A stretch of DNA of 49,306 nt, the filler included, from Ionaspis alba (taxonomy: Eukaryota), in assembly GCA_964255285.1 (NCBI GenBank). It is 2 parts of 2 records of this genome, joined end to end, with 100 filler letters (N's around TTAATTAATTAA, not from the genome) between each part and the next. Parts side by side here need not be neighbours in the genome. Positions count along the whole stretch, not along the records: positions 24,730 to 49,306 come from CAXUUL010000171.1; 1 more part is not named here. One strand, 5' to 3'. The notes under the pieces are model-generated. The model was given only the letters and a program-made list of their open reading frames with translations, searched no databases and was not told the DNA's origin. This document shows positions 48,060 through 49,306 of the stretch, piece by piece (the first letter of the stretch is position 1; each line of letters opens with the position of its first letter). Both the position numbers and the translations under genes were made by a program.

Positions 48060-49306
48060 CGTGAAAGTTGTGAATGATACACAACACAAACAAAAACCGC
48101 TGGAAAGATAAAAGGATTTGGCAGACAAAGAATAAAAACAGCGATGACAATTGCAGTGTAAGAAGGATACTGAGGAGAAAAAGAGGAGACTTCGCAAATA
48201 GAAGACGGCATCTCCCTCTCCTGCGCACAAAGCTGTTCACGTCATACCGTTGAACGCTGAGGGTCCAGACACTCTAGAGAAACTGAATTTCTACCAGCCA
48301 CATGCTAAGAAATGACGAACCGTTGTTTGAGCACGGTGAGGCACACCTTGCTAGGTGGTGAGAACCCACTGGGGAGAGGTGGGACCAAGTTCGAAGGAAT
48401 GGGGGGGAGGGATTTGACGGCTGAATCAGGGGAGGTCAACTGGAAGCAGCACCTGTCTCCAAGCTCCACCAGGACGGAAGCAGATAGTGAGCAGCGCCAT
48501 TCTGGGATGATCCCTTGGCCGGTGTGCTGGTGGCTTTCCTGAATGGGTGTACTGGAGCCGGGTTGGCTGCGAGATGAGGAGCTGATGGCTCAATGTCATC
48601 CATGGATCCACCCGCCCTTAATATGGGACGAAAAATTAGCTGAGTGGTTGGGGGGCCACAGACGTGTATGGAAGGATGATGGGACAAATTTCGGATTGAT
48701 GATGCAATTTCCTCCTCGGCCATCTTCGCTCTTTTCTTAGTCGATGCTCGGGACTACGAAGTACGAGTGCATTAACTGGGACCAAGGAGGGCCTCTAAAT
48801 GAACCCCCCTAAAGAAACCCCGCCCCGTTGGTTTCTTCCCGTGATCGTCCCTACGATTCCCTATGGAGATGCCGACACTACTGTACGAAGGCGCCCGCGG
48901 CTGCGGGACCGATATCCCTAGACTGCCGAAGCCCTAGGATTCAGGGAACGTGCAGGCGAGCGAGTCTCGACCCATTGCCCTTGCTACCATTGCTGTCGCA
49001 TATATCTACACAACAACTGGGCCTGCCATTTATCGGTACATTGCTTCCTGTATTGCATCGCCGGCTTAGTGACGCGTCGTCTGGCATATAATTGCTGCTG
49101 TTACCCCTCTCGCGCATTCTGAGATAGACTTCACTTCTGAAAAGTACACAAGCGCCTTTTTTTACCTCTAGTTCAATTGATTCTCTAAGATCTCGAACCA
49201 TAAGCTACTCTCCGCCGCAAACTACTTCTCAGCCATCGATGTCTTCCAGGACAAATTTCTCCGCCCGAGCAGAACTCCCAGACAACCACCCTCTCACAAC
49301 CTACCT

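Noticed and set aside
1..49306. CRISPR arrays, rRNA, intact transposons, telomeric repeats, strongly RIP-mutated AT-rich blocks, TGA-CTA readthrough stops
   Set aside because: None seen on reading the sequence; the stop contexts I checked lack the readthrough motif.

Overview
This is eukaryotic DNA from a filamentous ascomycete (Pezizomycotina, inferred from short GT-AG introns with CTRAC/CTAAC branch sites and from the gene families). About 20 intron-containing genes were rebuilt by hand from splice signals and reading frame. The left half (1-23.7 kb) is mostly housekeeping: kelch polarity protein Tea1/Kel1 (runs off the left edge), Raptor/KOG1, an F-box gene, cytoplasmic aspartyl-tRNA synthetase, Gemin2/Brr1-like, gamma-COP, phosducin-like Plp2, an RsmA/Fcr3-type bZIP, and an intron-containing tRNA-Glu(UUC). 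After an artificial scaffold linker (24630-24729) the content looks accessory: a Cys-rich secreted protein ending in a hydrophobic hairpin, a small membrane protein that needs a GC-AG intron, a DUF2293 gene, a GAF hybrid histidine kinase, a CorA-like protein, an orphan multi-TM protein, a gap-interrupted F-box gene and a Kex2-processed secreted protein. The right end holds DIP2/CPS1, a retrotransposon gag-like fragment bracketed by an exact 11-bp direct repeat, and an aquaporin with an NPT motif. The strongest leads are the gag-like capture with target duplication, the toxin-like secreted protein, repeated C-rich to G-rich skew switches that ignore gene orientation, and candidate uORFs before the bZIP, Raptor and DIP2 genes. 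No clearly new multi-gene system can be proven from sequence alone. All family calls are from motif recognition, not database searches.
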